64,000 bases of DNA from Octopus sinensis (taxonomy: Eukaryota), in the NCBI RefSeq assembly GCF_006345805.1, contig NC_043022.1, positions 1,922,001 to 1,986,000 of the forward strand. Reading direction: 5' to 3'. Of this stretch, positions 63,060-64,000 are shown one piece after another. Position numbers and translations under genes: made by a program. The notes below the pieces were generated by a model that saw only the letters and a program-made list of their open reading frames with translations, did no database searches and was not told the DNA's origin. Numbering within the stretch: the first letter of the stretch is position 1; each line of letters opens with the position of its first letter.

Positions 63060-63309
63060 TGTGTGTCTGTGTTTGTCTCCCCCACCATCACTTGACAACT
63101 GATGTTGGTGTGTTTACATCCCCGTAACTTAGCAATTCTTGACAACCGATGCTGGTGTGTTTATGTCCCCGTTACTTAGTGGTTCGGCAAAAGAGACCGA
63201 TAGAATAAGTACTGGGCTTACAAAAGAATAAGTCCCGGGGTCGAGTTGCTCGATTAAAGGCGGTGCTCCAGCATGGCCACAGTCAAATGACTGAAACAAG
63301 TAAAAGAGT
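63060..63309 (+). mobile_element. Family A SINE 3' half with a ~50-bp internal duplication
   Basis: cttgacaac..gtgtttac/atgtccccg..acttag occurs twice, at ~63091 and ~63138. Confidence 0.8.
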
Positions 63310-63579
63310 ATAGACACACACGTAATTAACAGTGGAATCGTCAAACAAGACCCGAACGAAGTAGGTTCCTGGGCTCGTTAATACTACTGTCGGATGACTT
63401 GACTCTGAGAGGCCACAGTGACATATCTTTCATATAATTGCCGTGCGGGTGACGGTGTGAGTGGGGCTTTTCTTTGATGAAACCTCGTTTAAGTCTCTCT
63501 GTTAAATGCCATAATTTTCACTCCCCCACATTTCTCCAACTCTCTCATTTGACATGCTCCTCTCCCCCCATCTCCATAT

Positions 63580-63786
63580 GAATATATATATACACACACA
63601 CACATATATATATATATACATATATATACACACACATGTATATAAACATATATAATATATATATATATATATGTACTCACATCTTTTATATATATGCGTG
63701 CGTGTGTAAATACATATATATATATATGAGCAATACATATATGTATATATATATATATATGTATATATATAGGTAATATATATATG

Positions 63787-63817
<31 letters not shown>

Positions 63818-63915
63818 GTATATATATGTATATATATATGTATATGTATATATATTTATATGTATATATTGTATATGTATATATATAGATATATATGTAT
63901 ATGATATATATTATG

Positions 63916-63978
<63 letters not shown>

Positions 63979-64000
63979 GTGTATATATATATATGTATGT
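63580..64000. repeat. (TA)n/(TATG)n microsatellite
   Basis: Read directly from the sequence. Confidence 0.95.

Noticed and set aside
69-63738. Hundreds of ORFs rich in [16 protein letters not shown] or LSLS
   Set aside because: They are translations of (TA)n, (TG)n, (CA)n, (CAC)n and (CT)n microsatellites, which lack stops in most frames.

Overview
This 64-kb window is eukaryotic, AT-rich, mostly intronic/intergenic DNA packed with microsatellites and transposable elements. The SINE repertoire and the (TA)n/(CA)n/(GAT)n density point to an octopus (coleoid cephalopod) genome; this is an inference, not a database result. Nearly all ORFs in the supplied track come from simple repeats or SINEs. 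Supported content: (i) dozens of tRNA-headed SINE copies that swap heads and tails; (ii) a 5'-truncated Penelope-like retroelement (RT, Zn-knuckle, GIY-YIG) at ~38.7-41.0 kb; (iii) decayed RTE, CR1 and HERO LINE fragments, Tc1/mariner derivatives, hAT and piggyBac MITEs, and non-autonomous Helitrons, often nested; (iv) 18-bp and 33-bp minisatellites; (v) a few candidate minus-strand host exons of unknown protein. Two things stand out. First, several unrelated short, often fold-back, elements sit in (TA)n tracts and carry type I hammerhead ribozyme motifs (best at 6254-6328 and 34310-34392). Second, a 207-nt phase-symmetric candidate exon (42451-42657) is bracketed by two inverted copies of one 221-bp piggyBac MITE. 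Dispersed-repeat boundaries were read by eye and are approximate.
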